A stretch of DNA of 64,000 nt from Harriotta raleighana (taxonomy: Eukaryota). The stretch is from NCBI GenBank assembly GCA_050575255.1, contig JBNZDD010013677.1, positions 3,649,707 through 3,713,706 of the forward strand, in the 5' to 3' direction. The notes under the pieces were generated by a model. That model did no database searches. It saw nothing but the letters and a program-made list of their open reading frames with translations, and had not been told where the DNA came from. Numbering within the stretch: position 1 is the stretch's first letter; each line of letters starts with the position of its first letter. Position numbers and translations under genes: made by a program. Positions 14,540-29,042 of this stretch are shown piece after piece.

Positions 14540-15832
14540 CAACAGCAAAATTAGATTTATGTAGCGCCTTTCTCCTGACAATACAGGTGTCATTTTTTTG
14601 TTGTTGTTCACATCAGGAGGACGTCCCAATGTAATGGACAGTCAATGTTTCAGACACAAACTAGGGTCAGGATCAGAGAGGGTGGAGGGAACAGAGGAGA
14701 AAGGGTTTTACTGCTGGCATGATCGAAGAGGAGGGCCTTGAGGTGGGACTTGAAGGAAGCTAGGGAGGGGACAAAGTGGAGGGATTGCGGGATGGAATTC
14801 CAAAGGTTGGGGGCAGAGTAGCTGAAGGCTCGCCTACGGATGGTGGGGCAAGTGGGTTGGGGGCATGAAGCAGGTGGGAGCCTGCTGTGCTGTGGGTTGG
14901 TAGGGGATAGGAGGTCATGCAGGGGCAAGGTCATGGATGGCTTTACAGGGAAATCCTCTGATGGGAAGCCAGTGGAGTTCGGGCGAGAATGGGGGTGAGA
15001 AGGTCACAGAGAGAACATGGGTTATGGAGTTCTGGATGATCTGCAGTCTATGGAGGGAGGAGTTGAGGACACTCAAAAGCATGGCATTGGCATAGAGCCT
15101 GAGCCTGGACATGAAGAAGGCATAAATGAGAGTTTCAGCAGCCTGTGGGGTGAGGTAGTGGCAGAGTCAGGTAATGTTGTGAAGGTGAGTGTAGGCATAG
15201 CAGGTCATGGCATGGATGTGAGGGAAGAAAAGACAGCTAAGGATCAAACAAGACACCTAGGTTCCTGACTGGCTTGGTGAGGTTGAGTGTGCAACTATGA
15301 AGGTTGATGTTGCCGGTGCAAGAGGTGTGGAGGCACTGGCTTGAGCCAATCTGGAGGGCCTTGGTCCTGTTGACATTCAACAGAAAGTTAGCTCTCATCC
15401 AGGACTTGATGTCCAACAGACATTTGGGACAGCAATGGTCTTGGAATCAAGATCAGAGGCAGAAAGAGAGAGTCGGATGTCATCTTCATACATATGGAAG
15501 TTAACTCCATGTCTGTGAATGATGTCACCAATGGGGAGCATATAGGTGTTGAAAAGTAAGGGGCTAAGGGCAGAGCCCTGGGGGACCCCACACATGACGG
15601 TGTGGGGGCTGGAACAAAAGCCGTTAATGGCGACAATGTGGAGACGGTGGGAGAGGTAAAATTCTAACCAAACAAGGGCAGGTCTGCAAAGATTGAGCTG
15701 GGAGGAGAGGCAGTGAAGGAAGATGGAGTGGTCTACAGTGTCGAAGGTGGCAGAGGGGTTGAGGAAGACAATGAGGCAGAGAGAGCCCTGATTGCAGATG
15801 TTTAGAATGTCATTAGAGACTTTGACCAGGCC
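14540..15832 (-). mobile_element. Decayed L2 LINE (RT core to 3' end)
   Basis: CGVPQGSALSPLLFNTYM...HGVNFHMYEDD; RRAFSYSAPNLWNSIP. Confidence 0.9.
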
Positions 15833-16227
15833 TGTTTTTTTAGATGAACCTAAACCAACTCAATATAAACCAATCCATTTCAGGCTAACACTATTTGATC
15901 TCACCCTCAGCAAAACCCAACTTCCAAGTAAACCAACGCAAGCAAATTCAACCTACACTGCAGCAGTTATTGCACATTCTGGTTATTAATGTTCAGATCA
16001 CACTGCATAAAAAATATATTTTTGCTGGTGAATTTCAATGGCTAATGTAAATGATATGATCTCTATCTTATTGAGGGATTATTGGAATTCAGATTCTAAG
16101 AATGGAAAAACAGATTGAGGCAAAATTGACTTGGGTCGGATTTATGACGCTTTACGATTTAGAATTAATGGCATTAATCCTCCTCTGATGAGATACATAT
16201 ACAATATATCTTATTCTGTTTAGTTAA

Positions 16228-16473
<246 letters not shown>

Positions 16474-18905
16474 TGAAGTATTCTACCATTAATTGTTTGA
16501 TTGTGTGTGATAGTCATTGATAGTCATCTGTCACACATTGGGTGCGTGGGTAGGGGGAATGTGAGAAGAAAAGTGATAGTTATCACCAGTAACAAAATGC
16601 CCAGAGAAAGATCCGCCAACAGCATAACTGGAAACATCAGTCGCAGTGTGTAAGGGAAGTCAGAACCGCTCTGCAACTTGATGTTGACACACGTTGTTGA
16701 GGGTGGAATGAAAACTTTTGTTAAACCCTTTTCAAATGCTGCATGAAATTGCACTAATTTGTATTAGATGTTTTAATGATTTAGGTACAGGACCTCAATT
16801 AGCAGCCTTTATCAAGCTTGAAAAAGTTGAACTATCATGCAATATTTATCTAACTTTTATTTCATTAGAGGAGAGCATTGCTGGAATGATCGTTTCAAAG
16901 TCCTTGCTTAACAAGTTTAATTGATATGGTTAGACAAGATCAGGAAATGCAGGCTGAGATGCATGTGTATTACAGGGTTTAACTTTTAATTTGATTTAAT
17001 TGTATGAATTATTCATACAACATATTTATAGCAGGAGGAGTACATGTCCAGAAAGGGCTATCACGCCTGGTCAACGAGACCAGACCAAAAAAGGTTTGCT
17101 CATCAGGAATAGAGAGAGAAATCTTTTTCAATGGGTGGTATTATTTCTAGGGAGAGCATTCAGTTAGAGTTAGTCAATATCGTTGACAGTATTACTTCAA
17201 CTCTAGAAAATCCCTCTGTTTCTCTTTTGCTCTTCCATACCCATGGCTCCTTCACTCATTTTAATTATATTAATAATAAATACCTTTCCAGAACAACAAC
17301 CAATCCATTAATACATCAGACCGAGTAAACGATAATGAAAAGGATGGTTACATTTCAAATAGCATCTTTCAGATTAGGAAGATAAAAAAACAAAGCACTT
17401 TGCAGAATTTACTGTAAATTGTAGTGAATGTGTATGTTTCTAAGTTGAATGTAGTAGAGAGTTTGCACACAGCACCGGCAGAAACATTTCTTCAGTATGT
17501 TCACCTGAACAGGCCAATGAGACCTCATCTTAAAATCTCATCCAAAGGACAGCAGAATAATAATAATAATAACCAGTGCATTTAATATAGTGCTTTTTCA
17601 CGTCTTGAAGACGTCTCAAAGAGCTTCACAGAATGTACTGTAAAGTGAATTGAGTGTATATTTGTGTGCAGCGTACACCCATCACTGCACCAGGCTTGAC
17701 TCCCTGAGCTCAAAGTCCCTACGGCGAGGCTGGCCCCACTGGCTATCGACTGGACATTTAGGTGATGTTACAACCCGCAAATAAAAAAGAAAATAATAGA
17801 AATCCCACAGGAGCATGTGGGTTGTAAGAACAGAGAAACATTATTATTTTAGCAGAGTGACAATAGAGAACGAGGTAGGAGATGTGACTTGAAGCCACTC
17901 TGCTGGCCCTGACCATGCCGTCGTTGGGAGTACAATCGCTGAGGTCTCCGTGGTGACAACACACTCACATCACGTTCCAATTAATGCAACTACTTCTTCC
18001 ACTGAACGTTTATTAAGAGAGTTAGCATTCTCCATCGCTCCACACAGTGACAGTTTAATTAATTAACACTGCCATCACTTCCATTCATGCTATCCCATCC
18101 TCAGTGTGTGAGCAAAATGGAGCGGTGCTAAGCTACCCACTCAAAACACATTCTCTGCACCTGGGACTTCACTTAACTGTTTGATGTATCCCATAAGCAA
18201 CATTCATTGTCAAATAAACAATAATATTAGGGCCTTTAAGAAAATTTCATGTGCTAATTATCACATCTAATCTGTTCGAAAACATCACACCTTCCAGTAG
18301 ATTAGTGAAGACCACCTGCAGACCATCGTAATATATAGACAGTAACCATATAAACAACAACAAAATTACATTTATACAGCGCCTTTCACGTCGGGAGGAC
18401 GTCCTAAGGCACTGAATGTTTGGAGAGGGAGATGTAAAGGAATTCAGGAAAAGAGCAGGGAATTGGGATTGGAATACTTACCTCCAGTATAGGAGCTGGT
18501 ATTAATCGTTGGCAGTGGGTTTCAGACAGGTTAACGAATCAGTCACTGAACAGGTCCACAGTCCCTTGTGAACAAGGAAAGTATATGTAAAGTAGCCTCT
18601 GGCATCTCCAAGTGCGCACTGTGTTAGTGAAAATTATCCCTTGTCACTTTTCATTGTAGAAGAACTGCTCCATCCCCACAACAACCCAACACTCTCAGCC
18701 ACCCTCATCGCTCTCTGCTGCACCAGGTGACATTCTCAGAGACGTTACACGGTGTAACGGATATACTTCACACTTCATAGTTCAGGAGGTGATGTGTGAT
18801 GCAGTTAATGGATTCCATGACAAATTGCACAGCCAAGGATACTCAGGAAAGGATTTAATGGATTGAAAGCACTTTATCTCTGATGTGTATCACTGAAGCA
18901 TTCAT

Positions 18906-19268
18906 GGAGTCCTGTAGCTCAGTAGTTATGGCACTTGCCTCACAAGCGAGAAACCTGGGTTTGATTCTCGGCTGGGCGAAATGTTGGGCAAGTTTCCTTA
19001 CTCCATATGCTTCTGTTTACCATGCAGTAAGTTAGGAACCCTGTTGGTTGATTGGTGGATCGCTTTTTCTGGGACTAATAATTTCCTTAAAAAAACAGTC
19101 ACTTCAATCCACGACTGTTTGTGGGACACTGCTGTGTGCAATTAGCTGCAGCGTTTTGCGCACAAATATACAGTCAATTCACTTTACAGTATATTCTGTG
19201 AAGGCTCTTTGAGATGTCTAGAAGGCATGAAAAATGGTATATCAAATACAAAGATTATTTATTATTAC
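18906..19268 (+). mobile_element. tRNA-headed SINE
   Basis: GGAGTCCTGTAGCTCAG head with CTTGC-CTCACAA-GCGAG arm, plus core and tail. Confidence 0.85.
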
Positions 19269-19589
19269 ATCCCCCTTACAGAAGCACTCCCTCAACAGCT
19301 CAATAGCTGGGATTCAATGCTTCACTTGTGAGGCACAGACCATTCATCAATCAAAATAGTGATGTGAATAACATTCATATTAATAATAGTCCTCATATTT
19401 GATACAGCACCAAAACACCTTGAATTGCTTCACGTAAAGTGTTGTAATATCCTTTTAGGTGTAGTTTTTATTTTCGAAATACATCAACTACATTTTTAAA
19501 AATAATATATAATTTATTTACATTTTTACAGTTCCCTTCATGTCTCATGCCTTATCTACCTGCTTCTTTTGGGTGAAGTATATGGGGTA

Positions 19590-19910
19590 AACTTCCCCAT
19601 ATATTCAGATGACACCTAAATCTTCGCTTCTCCGGTTCTGGTCTCCTCCTTGTCCCTCGAATCCTCCATTCCACCATCCCTTCGGCTGTGCTTTCAGTCA
19701 ATACGCCCCAAAGCTCTGGAACTTCCTTCCTCACTCACTTCGCCTTGTCCCCTCTCTTCCTAGTTTCAGATCTCAACTAAAGACCTTTCTTTTGACCGCA
19801 CTATTGGTCACCTTTTTCCCCCCGGCTCGGCCCCGGGATGCGTTATTGTGAAGCACTCTGAGATGCCGTTTGGTGTGGAGGACACTATATAAATCCAAAT
19901 TATTGTTGTC
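19590..19910 (+). mobile_element. L2 3' fragment
   Basis: AFSQYAPKLWNFLP...FRSQLKTFL and tail. Confidence 0.75.
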
Positions 19911-20637
19911 TCAAAGCAGCTTCACACTACACAGTGCTGGATAGGGAGTTGAGCTGTTTGGGAGTCAAAGGGAGGGAAAAGATGACCAAAAATGTTGTGC
20001 CTTAAACAAGGGGAAGGAGCGAGTTCGAGGAACTCCAAGGAGCTGAAAGTCCATCTGTCAATGGTGAACGGATGGGGTAGAGGACATGACGCAGGCCATT
20101 GAATTGATATGTAGAGAGTCTTCCATTTCTTTTTCTCCTGGTATCTCTTTTACAATTTAAATACGTGACAGTGTGACCTGGAGCAACAGGAGTGAAAATA
20201 GGATTATATAATGAAACGCACCAGGGATTACTGTACATCAGAGGGAGTGTTTGGTGTGGCCTCTCGGGTGACTATGCCTTGGTTTGTCATGTGTCACTCT
20301 TGATGAGAAAAGTCAACAAAATGGTCACCGGAGGAGAGTAATGAAGCATTTGAAGAGAGAGTGAGATTAACGCCAGGTTGTATTAGCAGTCCAGAGTCTG
20401 GGTGACTGCTATTCTGTGCTGCTTGTGAAATCTTTATTGTTACCGTAAATTATTCCCCAAATGTTTCCAGTCAACACAACGCTGTTAGCCATAAAGATAC
20501 ACTGGGACATTTGAGTGGAAGTTATTCTAGGGATCTCTAAAGTAGGCTGATTTTCCCTTTAAATACACAGATTTATTTTTGAGTAGAATTATAATAGAGT
20601 GATACAGAACCTAAACAGACCACTGAGTAGCTACAGT

Positions 20638-20952
20638 GGAGACCTGTAGCTCTGTGGTTAGAGCACTCGCCTTACAAGCGTGAGACTTGTGTTTGATTCC
20701 AGGCAGATCAGGGCAAAACCTTGGGCAAATTTCCTTCCTCCACAAGCCTAATAATGATCCTTCAAAAATAATCAATAATAAATTGGTCATTTCAATCCAC
20801 GACCTTTTGTGGTACACTACTGTGTGCAATTGGTTGCCGCGTTTTGCCCACTTATATACAGTCAATTCACTTTACAGTATATTCTGTGAAGCACTTTAAG
20901 ACCCCTAGAAAATGTGACAGGCACTATATAAAATAAAAATATTATTATTATT
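20638..20952 (+). mobile_element. tRNA-headed SINE, well preserved
   Basis: TGTAGCTCTGTGGTTAGAGCACTCGCCTTACAAGCG head, core, (ATT)n tail. Confidence 0.85.
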
Positions 20953-20954
20953 TG

Positions 20955-21415
20955 GTCCAACTAGTCCGTGCTAGTTTTTATACTACACACAAGCCTCCTC
21001 CCTCCTATCCCTCGGGCCTTCTATACTCTTCCCCCTTATGCAGGCATCCTGTTTCCTCTTAAATATAGTAATCCTTTTTGCTTCAACCACAGCTTCTGAT
21101 GGTGAGTGTGAAGAAAAGACTGGTAAATAGGACTGAAAGGATTGTTCTTTAAACAGTAATCACAATGGGACAAATAGCCTTCTGCTGTGCTGTACATTTC
21201 TAAGGTTCTCATTATCCACTGTGTGAAGATGTTCCTCCTAAATTCTCTATTAGACACGCTCCCGGCTATCTTATATTTATCCCTTCGTAGCTTGGTGGAA
21301 ATAGTATATTAATGTCTATCTAATAAAACCGTGACATAATTTCAACAACCACTATTAGCTCATCTCTCATTCATCTCTGGAGAGAAAAGCTCCAATCTGT
21401 CTAATCTTTCCTGTT
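20955..21415 (-). mobile_element. CR1-like 3' fragment, decayed
   Basis: Minus-strand SNREFRRNIFTQW resembles the CR1 RT C-terminus. Confidence 0.55.
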
Positions 21416-22471
21416 AGCTGTGAAACGGAATTTGATGAAAATAGATGCTAGTTTGAAAAAAAAGTGAATTTAACAATTTTATGTCTTTTAATTCCTATAG
21501 TGCTTCATCCAGGATAGGACTCTCTCTCTTTAGCCTCCATCCCCAAATAACCATCTACTACATTTTCGCCTCAGTCACTCCACAATACAGTAAATCCTGT
21601 GAAAAGCTTTGAGATATCCTTGTGATGTGGCAGCCCTTTATCAAATGCACAGATTTTCAGTAATATTGAATCTGCCATTGAGCAGTCTACTTGACCTGTC
21701 TCCAATCCCCCACTGAATGACACTCCAGGCATATGTACCTACAGCTGTGGCTCAATGTATCTGAACATTATTCTGTAAATAGGGGCACTGTTTGTCTGTG
21801 TTTAATTTTAAAGCTTCTAAAATGGGCCATAGTTCTGTACAATATGTAAACTGGGAGTAATTAGTGGAAACTTAGGTTTTAAAATGTCAGATGCTTATGT
21901 TCAACCTCTTAAACTACAGTGAACAGGCCTGGTGTTAATAAGCACGGGATATTGAGGGGGCAGTAAGTTATCTTTTCCTTTTCAGTCTTTAATGTCTATA
22001 CAGAGTACCTCACCTACAGGGGAGATAACAAGGGCTATTCATTTAGTAATTATCCTCTGTTGTTGTGGGTATCCGGTGAATTCTGGTTAAGTAGCTATTA
22101 ATTGAGCCAATTTCTTTTCATTTATCGCTTATTAGAGAGTGTTATTGTTTAACGGGATTCCATTAAGAAGATTAATGGGATGTAAATACTTGCAATTCAT
22201 TGGCGTGGACCACGATAGATGACAGAAGGGACTTTTCTCTTCAGCAGAAATATGGAAGTGATTAAAGGGAATGTCCAGGAAAGGATGTGTGGCTTCAATT
22301 TGGGCCTAAAAATAATAATATCACACTGTAGATCCGCTTCCCAATCATCTTTGCATTAAACATTAAGTTAAACACAAGGATTTTTGCGGGGGCTCTCACC
22401 AATCTATTTTTTGGGATGTTTGACATATGGGGAAATTCTCCATCATGCGCAAGAGCAGTTGGACTTAGGGA

Positions 22472-23547
22472 GGGAGACCTGTAGCTCAGTGATTAGAGCA
22501 CTTCCAAGCAAGAGACTTGGGTTTTATTCCCCGGCAGGGCGAAACTTTGGGCAAGATTCTCTACTCCACATGCCAGATAATAATCCCTCAAGAAAAAAAC
22601 TAGAGTAAAATTGGTCATTTCACGGTATGCCGAATATTCAGAAGAAAACCCAACACCATTTTTTTTCTAAATATACCATATTATTAATAGACTAAATGAT
22701 AACAGATTATTGTATGGATACTTACCAATAAAGCAATAAATATCGATTACAGTCTATAAACATAGCACACAATAACAAAGCAAACATGTATAACAGTGGA
22801 CAGCAGTGGTTTAAAGTGGTACTGCGGTTTTTCCTTTTTTTTCTCTCTTCCTCCCCCCCCCCCTCCTCTCCACCACCTCTCTCTCCCCCTCCCATTACTC
22901 TCTCTTTCTCCCCTCACACCCCCTACCAAAACAGTGTATAAACCCACGATACAGTCAGGTTACACAGGCAACACGTAGTAACCATCAGACAGAGAGAGAG
23001 AGGAGGAAAGAAAGAAGGAAAGAAAGAACGAGGGAGAAAAAGAAAGCACGAGGGAGAAAAAGAAAGAACGAGGGAGGGAGAGAAAGAACGAGAGAGGGGG
23101 AGAAAGAACGAGAGAGGGAGAGATAGAACGAGAGAGGGAGAGAAAGAACGAGAGAGGGAGAGATAGAACGAGAGAGGGAGAGATAGAGAGGAAGGAAGGA
23201 GAGGGAGAGAGAAAAAAGAGAGGGAGAGGAAAAACTGACAGTGCTGCTTTAAGATGAAAAACTGGATAGCCACTACAGCAGCATTCAGAACTAACCTCAC
23301 TGTACTCTCGTGCGACAATCAACTCATTAAATGTGCCATCGCGGTTGTGCCGGATAACTTCCGGTTAATCGGATCGGGACTGTTTTTGGGACATACCGGT
23401 TATACGAAAGTTCCGGGTAATCAAGTTATGGATAAACCGTCTTTTACTGTACTCAATTCACTTTAAAGTATATTCCACAAAATGCTTTGAGATGCCAAGA
23501 AGATGTGTAAAGCGCTATATCAAATGCATGAATTATTATTTATTATT
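22472..23547 (+). mobile_element. tRNA-headed SINE split by a Tigger/pogo-like DNA transposon fragment (about 22622..23451)
   Basis: SINE head 22472..22621, SINE tail resumes at 23452; insert ends GGATAAACCGTCTTTTACTG-TA. Confidence 0.65.
22988..23233. repeat. Polypurine minisatellite (~20-bp unit GAGAGAGGGAGAGAAAGAAC)
   Basis: Directly visible. Confidence 0.9.
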
Positions 23548-23736
23548 AAGAGTACCCAAACCAAAACTGAGAATTATGTCTATCCTACCTAACACATGGA
23601 CATTTCAAAGGAATGAAAATTAATGGAATGTGCGCTCTCTCTCTGGAGGGATGTATCCTGCATATTATTTTTTCAACAATTGGCACCAGTCTGGCTAAAA
23701 CCTATGCTCTGATTTAAACCATTGCTTGTTGTTTGA

Positions 23737-23886
<150 letters not shown>

Positions 23887-24547
23887 TAACAGCTGGCAAT
23901 TAATTTGAAGGGCTTTTGAGTATTTATCTCTAATCAGGCAGATTGTTTGACTCCTGTCCTCTGAAAGATACAGAACTTCAGCTCACCATGCAACTGCTTG
24001 GACTTGGGCATCATTGCAAACTATTAGCATTTCTCAGGCTTTGTGTATCAACTGCCTCTGCCACTTTCTATCAACCTGCCCTCAGCAGATTCCCTCAAAA
24101 TACCAGGCACTGGCCTGCTTCATGCTTCTGCCTTGCCCACCCCACCATTGGCGGGTGGGTTTTCAGCCTTTCTGCTTGCACACTCTGAAACTCCATCCCA
24201 CAGACTCTTCTCCTCACCCCTATCCTTACCTGCTTCAAGATCTTCCACTTTGTCTGCACCTTCAATCATTTTTCTTACCCTCACCCACCTTGGCCCCCAC
24301 TCCTCCTGAATCCAAACCCAAGCTCGGATGCAAACCCTCAACTGTCCTGGATCATGGGATATCCTCTCAACAGAAATAGCGCTACTTTATAGATGCAATT
24401 CTAATAAAAAGAAACAAAAAGTCTATGTTTGCTCTGTGCTCTCACTGTCTTCTGCTCTACATTGTCCGAATACAGAGTTTTCTAACATTCTGGTTGAAAG
24501 GAATAATGGGATACTTTGGGGGATAAATATTTCAGGTTAGGCAGGTC

Positions 24548-24900
24548 TGAGTCACAAGGTTGTGGGTTCAAGTTGCACATTGGACTTGACCTCACAAGCC
24601 AGGCTAACACTCTGGTTCAGCACTGGGGAGTTTGCTGCATTGTCAGAGGCTCCAAGCTTTGGTGAGATATTGAACTGAGATCCTATCTGTGCCCTGTTCA
24701 GGTGGATGTTACAGATCTAATGATCATCAGATCAAATTCATCATTTACTTTAGGACTGTTGTAGGACATTGTGGACAAATTGACTGGCGTGTTCAGCTAT
24801 AAAAACAATCACTATACTTTACAGTAAATCTGGTGAAGTGCTTTGTGAGATTATTCTGATGTAAAAGGTGCTGTTGATCAAATGCAAAGATTATTATTTA
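24548..24900 (+). mobile_element. Older Deu-type SINE
   Basis: TGAGTCACAAGGTTGTGGGTTCAAG head, CTGTTCAGGTGGATG core, tail. Confidence 0.7.
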
Positions 24901-24912
24901 AATCACATTCAA

Positions 24913-26628
24913 CCACAACAACTTTCATTCATGTAGGAGGATTCAGGGGACAAGGAGGAGGCCAGATCCAGTAGAGTTGAGGCAGCGGATACTGCTGTAA
25001 GGAGAGAGGAGGTTAGAGAGGTAGGGGTGTTGCAGAGGATTGGAGGGATTTAAACACAGGAATGAGGATTTTGAAGTCGCTCTATTCTGTTACAGAGAAC
25101 CAGTGGAGTTTGGCAAGAACTAAGGTAATCAGTGTACGAAGTTTGTTGCAGGTGAGAATTTGAGTAGCGGAGTTTTGGATAAACTAAATTTTGTGAATGG
25201 TGGGGCAGGGGAGAACAGCGAGGAGGGTGTTAGAATAGGCCAGAGAGGTGACAAAGGCATGGCCAGTCGAGAGGATTTTGGCAGCTTTTGGGATGAGGCA
25301 TTGGCAAACGTGGGCAATGTGGCGGAGATGGAAGAACGCGGTGCTGGTGAGGTACCATATGTGGGGGAGAAAAGATAACTGGGGATCGAATCTGATGCCC
25401 AAGTTACACATGGGTTCAGAGAGTTTTAAAGACATGTCAGGTAGGTTGAGGAGGATGGAACTGTGGGTCAGAACACTTCGACGGGAGGCAAAGAGTATGG
25501 CTTCCGTCTTGTTGACATTTAACGACAGGAAATTTATGCTTATCCAGTTCTTGATGTCTGACAGACAAGCTGACAGAATATTAGGGGACTGGGGGTTGCA
25601 AAAGGAGGTGCAAAAGTAGAGTTGTGTGTCTTCCACATACTTGTGGAAGTTAATCCTGTGTCTGCAGATAACATCACTGAGATGGAGCATGTAGATGAGG
25701 AAGTGAAGGGGTCAAGGAAAGATCTTTGGGGTACCCCGCAGGTGACCAGGCAGAAGCGAGAAGAAAAACCATTTGCAGAGTTGTAGTGTTTACCTGTTTT
25801 TCAAGTAGGACTCAAACAAGCGAGTGTGATCCCACTGAGGTGGATGTTGGAGGACAGGTGGTAGAGGAGGCTGACATGATCAATCATGGTGGAGAGATCC
25901 AGGAGGACAAAGGAGGTCGCAGGAGCCCTAGTCACGGATCGTTTGTGACTTTCAGAGAAGAAGGATTTGGATGATAGGCAATTGGGTGGGGAGAGGGTTG
26001 AGGCAGCAGATGGTAGATTTCATTGTAGTGATGGTGGATGGAGAGATGGGGCTAAATGAATATAGGATGGGGGCCGTGGCAGGAGCTGAAGGCGGGGTGG
26101 GTAAGGGAAATGGAATGGACGAAATGGAGCAGAATGATGAAGCTTCCAGAAAGATGTTGTCAATTTTGGAGGCAAGGAAGTCCTTGACCTCTTCACACTT
26201 GGCATTAGATGTGATGATTGAGGGGGCACGCACAGAGGAAGTGATGGGTGATGGAGAATGGGATTTTTGAGTTGTTTTTGGCCTTCAGAATAATGTTTGA
26301 GTAATGCACTGTTTTTGCTTGCGAGAGGGAATGGTGACAGCTGTGAAGATGCTTGAGCCACAGCTGGTGGTGAACCGTGAAGTTGGTTTTTTGACACCTG
26401 CGCTTGAGCACCCAGATAGGGATTTTAGAGAGTGGAGAAGTCTATTGTACAGGGGGAGCAGATGGGTTTGGAGATGGTCCTGGATTTCAGGGGGACGAGG
26501 GAGTCGAAGATGGTGGAGTGGTGATCATTGAACAGCTTTACGGCTGCTTCGGAATCACTGTGGTTGGAAGGCCGGGGGTTAGGAGGTCTAAGGATGAGCC
26601 AGGGGGTTTAGGGGGGAGTTGGTAGACC
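24913..26628 (-). mobile_element. Decayed L2 LINE ORF2 fragment
   Basis: INFHKYVEDTQLY...LSLNVNKTEAILF...NLGIRFDPQLSF; AKTVHYSNIIL. Confidence 0.9.
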
Positions 26629-27160
26629 TGTATAAAGTCCAGGTATACTTTAGCTTCAGAACAAGGTTTGTGAAATCTGTCTTCACCTCAAAACATTTGC
26701 CAAGCTGCCTAACAGCAACCTGAGATTCTGGGATTGGAAATTCACGGTTAGAAAAGATTGAAGAAGTCATTATCAATAATAATGTCTGCCATTGTTCCCA
26801 TTAGGGAAAAAGTCAACCAGGAGATCACCGTTGAAGTGCGGAAGGTTTTATCAGGGTTAAAATGGCGGAAAGTGATTCTGTACATTTCAGTTTTCATGCA
26901 CGTAGCGCCTTTGTGTCAGGAGGTCGTCTGGTTCAGGGTCCACCTCGAGATCTGCCTCTTTGACTGCGCTTTCGAACTTCTGTCCAGTCCCACCACCTTC
27001 AGCTCTCACCCCATGGAAATAACAAGGTCAAAGAGGCAGGTCTTGAGATGGACCTTGAACTAGTTCCTTCGATTCATATACTGTTCATCTTAATAATTGA
27101 GCTGTTTGAGTGAACATTTGTTTCTCTGTTGACTTGACTCCTGCCTTGTGTGGGGTATGA

Positions 27161-27364
<204 letters not shown>

Positions 27365-28148
27365 TGAACAGATTATGAGTGCTCTATGCTCTTGATAGGT
27401 GCTGCCGAGAGGACAATGGTACTGTGCGGTGATGGCCGGTCATCTTTGGCAGCCGATCCATCTGAGAGCGAAAGATAATTTGCGGAACGGCACTTGACAC
27501 AATTAAAGAGAACAGAAAGTTTATCATGGGCCAGGCAGAAGGGGTGAGGAAGAAGTGAAAATGGTTTGAGGAAAAACTCGAGATGGTAAAGGATATTCCT
27601 CACCTCTCAGTCACGCAGCTCGCCAGAGGAGAAAGCCAGGATTCAGGAATGCTACAGCTCCCAGTCCAGGTCCTGAGTTAGATCCACTCGCTGGCAAAAG
27701 CCCAACTCTGAAATTCATCGTCACTGTGGGAGTGACTGTTTTTGTGAAATTTTAAGTATATAAATCTTGTTCTTTGCTGCCTCCTTCATAATTTTCACCC
27801 ACAAATATACAGTCAATTCACTTTAGGTTATGCAAATGTAATTTTGTTTCTGTGCAGTATTCTATGAAGCTCTGAGATATCTCAAAGTTGTTAAGGCACT
27901 ATATCAAATTCAAGGATTATTATTACTATATACTTACACTTTTGTGGATACAAGCATATGTACACAGGTATGGCTTCCTTCTGTTCCTATGAAGCAGAAT
28001 GGATAGTTCCAAAGATATCCTCTTTATTTCATGATCCCCAGAAGTGCTGACAGTGTGACAGACTTGTGACCAGGTTACATTTATGGCAAAGTGGAAGCTG
28101 TGGACAGATATGAGCAGATTTTTGTTATATCACCGTAGAGTTACCTGA

Positions 28149-28430
<282 letters not shown>

Positions 28431-28433
28431 TGA

Positions 28434-28592
<159 letters not shown>

Positions 28593-28771
28593 TGATTATC
28601 TCTGGTAGCTAGGTCATACTGTTGGGCTCAGGGCTCAGAGCACAGTGGTTGACACATAACTTTGCAGACCTATTGGAAAAATATGGTAAATGTCCATGTT
28701 CGCTCATATTATACTGAGCACAGGTTGGTGCTTCACTCAGTCCCAAAACAAAGTTCATTATTGTTACTCTC

Positions 28772-29042
28772 AATATCAAGCGAGAGACCTGGGTTCAATT
28801 CCTAGCATTTGGCGAGACCTTGGGCAAGTTTCTTTATTCCACATGCCTAATAATAATCCCTCAAAAAAAATTGTTCATTTCAAACCATGACTGTTTGTGG
28901 GTCACTGCTGGCCGCAATTGGTTGCCACGTTCCGCCCACAAATAACCACCCACAATTCACTTTACAGTATATTCTGTGAAGTGCTTTGAGACACTGATAA
29001 GATGTGAAAAGTGCTATATCAAATGCAAGGATTATTATTATT
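28772..29042 (+). mobile_element. tRNA-headed SINE, 5' partly lost
   Basis: CAAGCGAGAGACCTGGGTTCAATTCC, core and tail. Confidence 0.8.

Noticed and set aside
18743-18759. Palindrome CGTTACAC-G-GTGTAACG
   Set aside because: An isolated 8-bp-arm palindrome is expected by chance in 64 kb, and there is no supporting context.
20638-20715. tRNA-like sequence (Val/Ala-like anticodon arm), also at 3889, 7471, 18906, 36510 and 50277
   Set aside because: No paired acceptor stem, anticodon varies between copies (TAC, CAC, TGC), and each is followed by the SINE body; these are SINE heads, not tRNA genes.
22923-23322. Ser/Leu/Phe-rich 'membrane protein' ORFs
   Set aside because: Antisense reading of the polypurine array.
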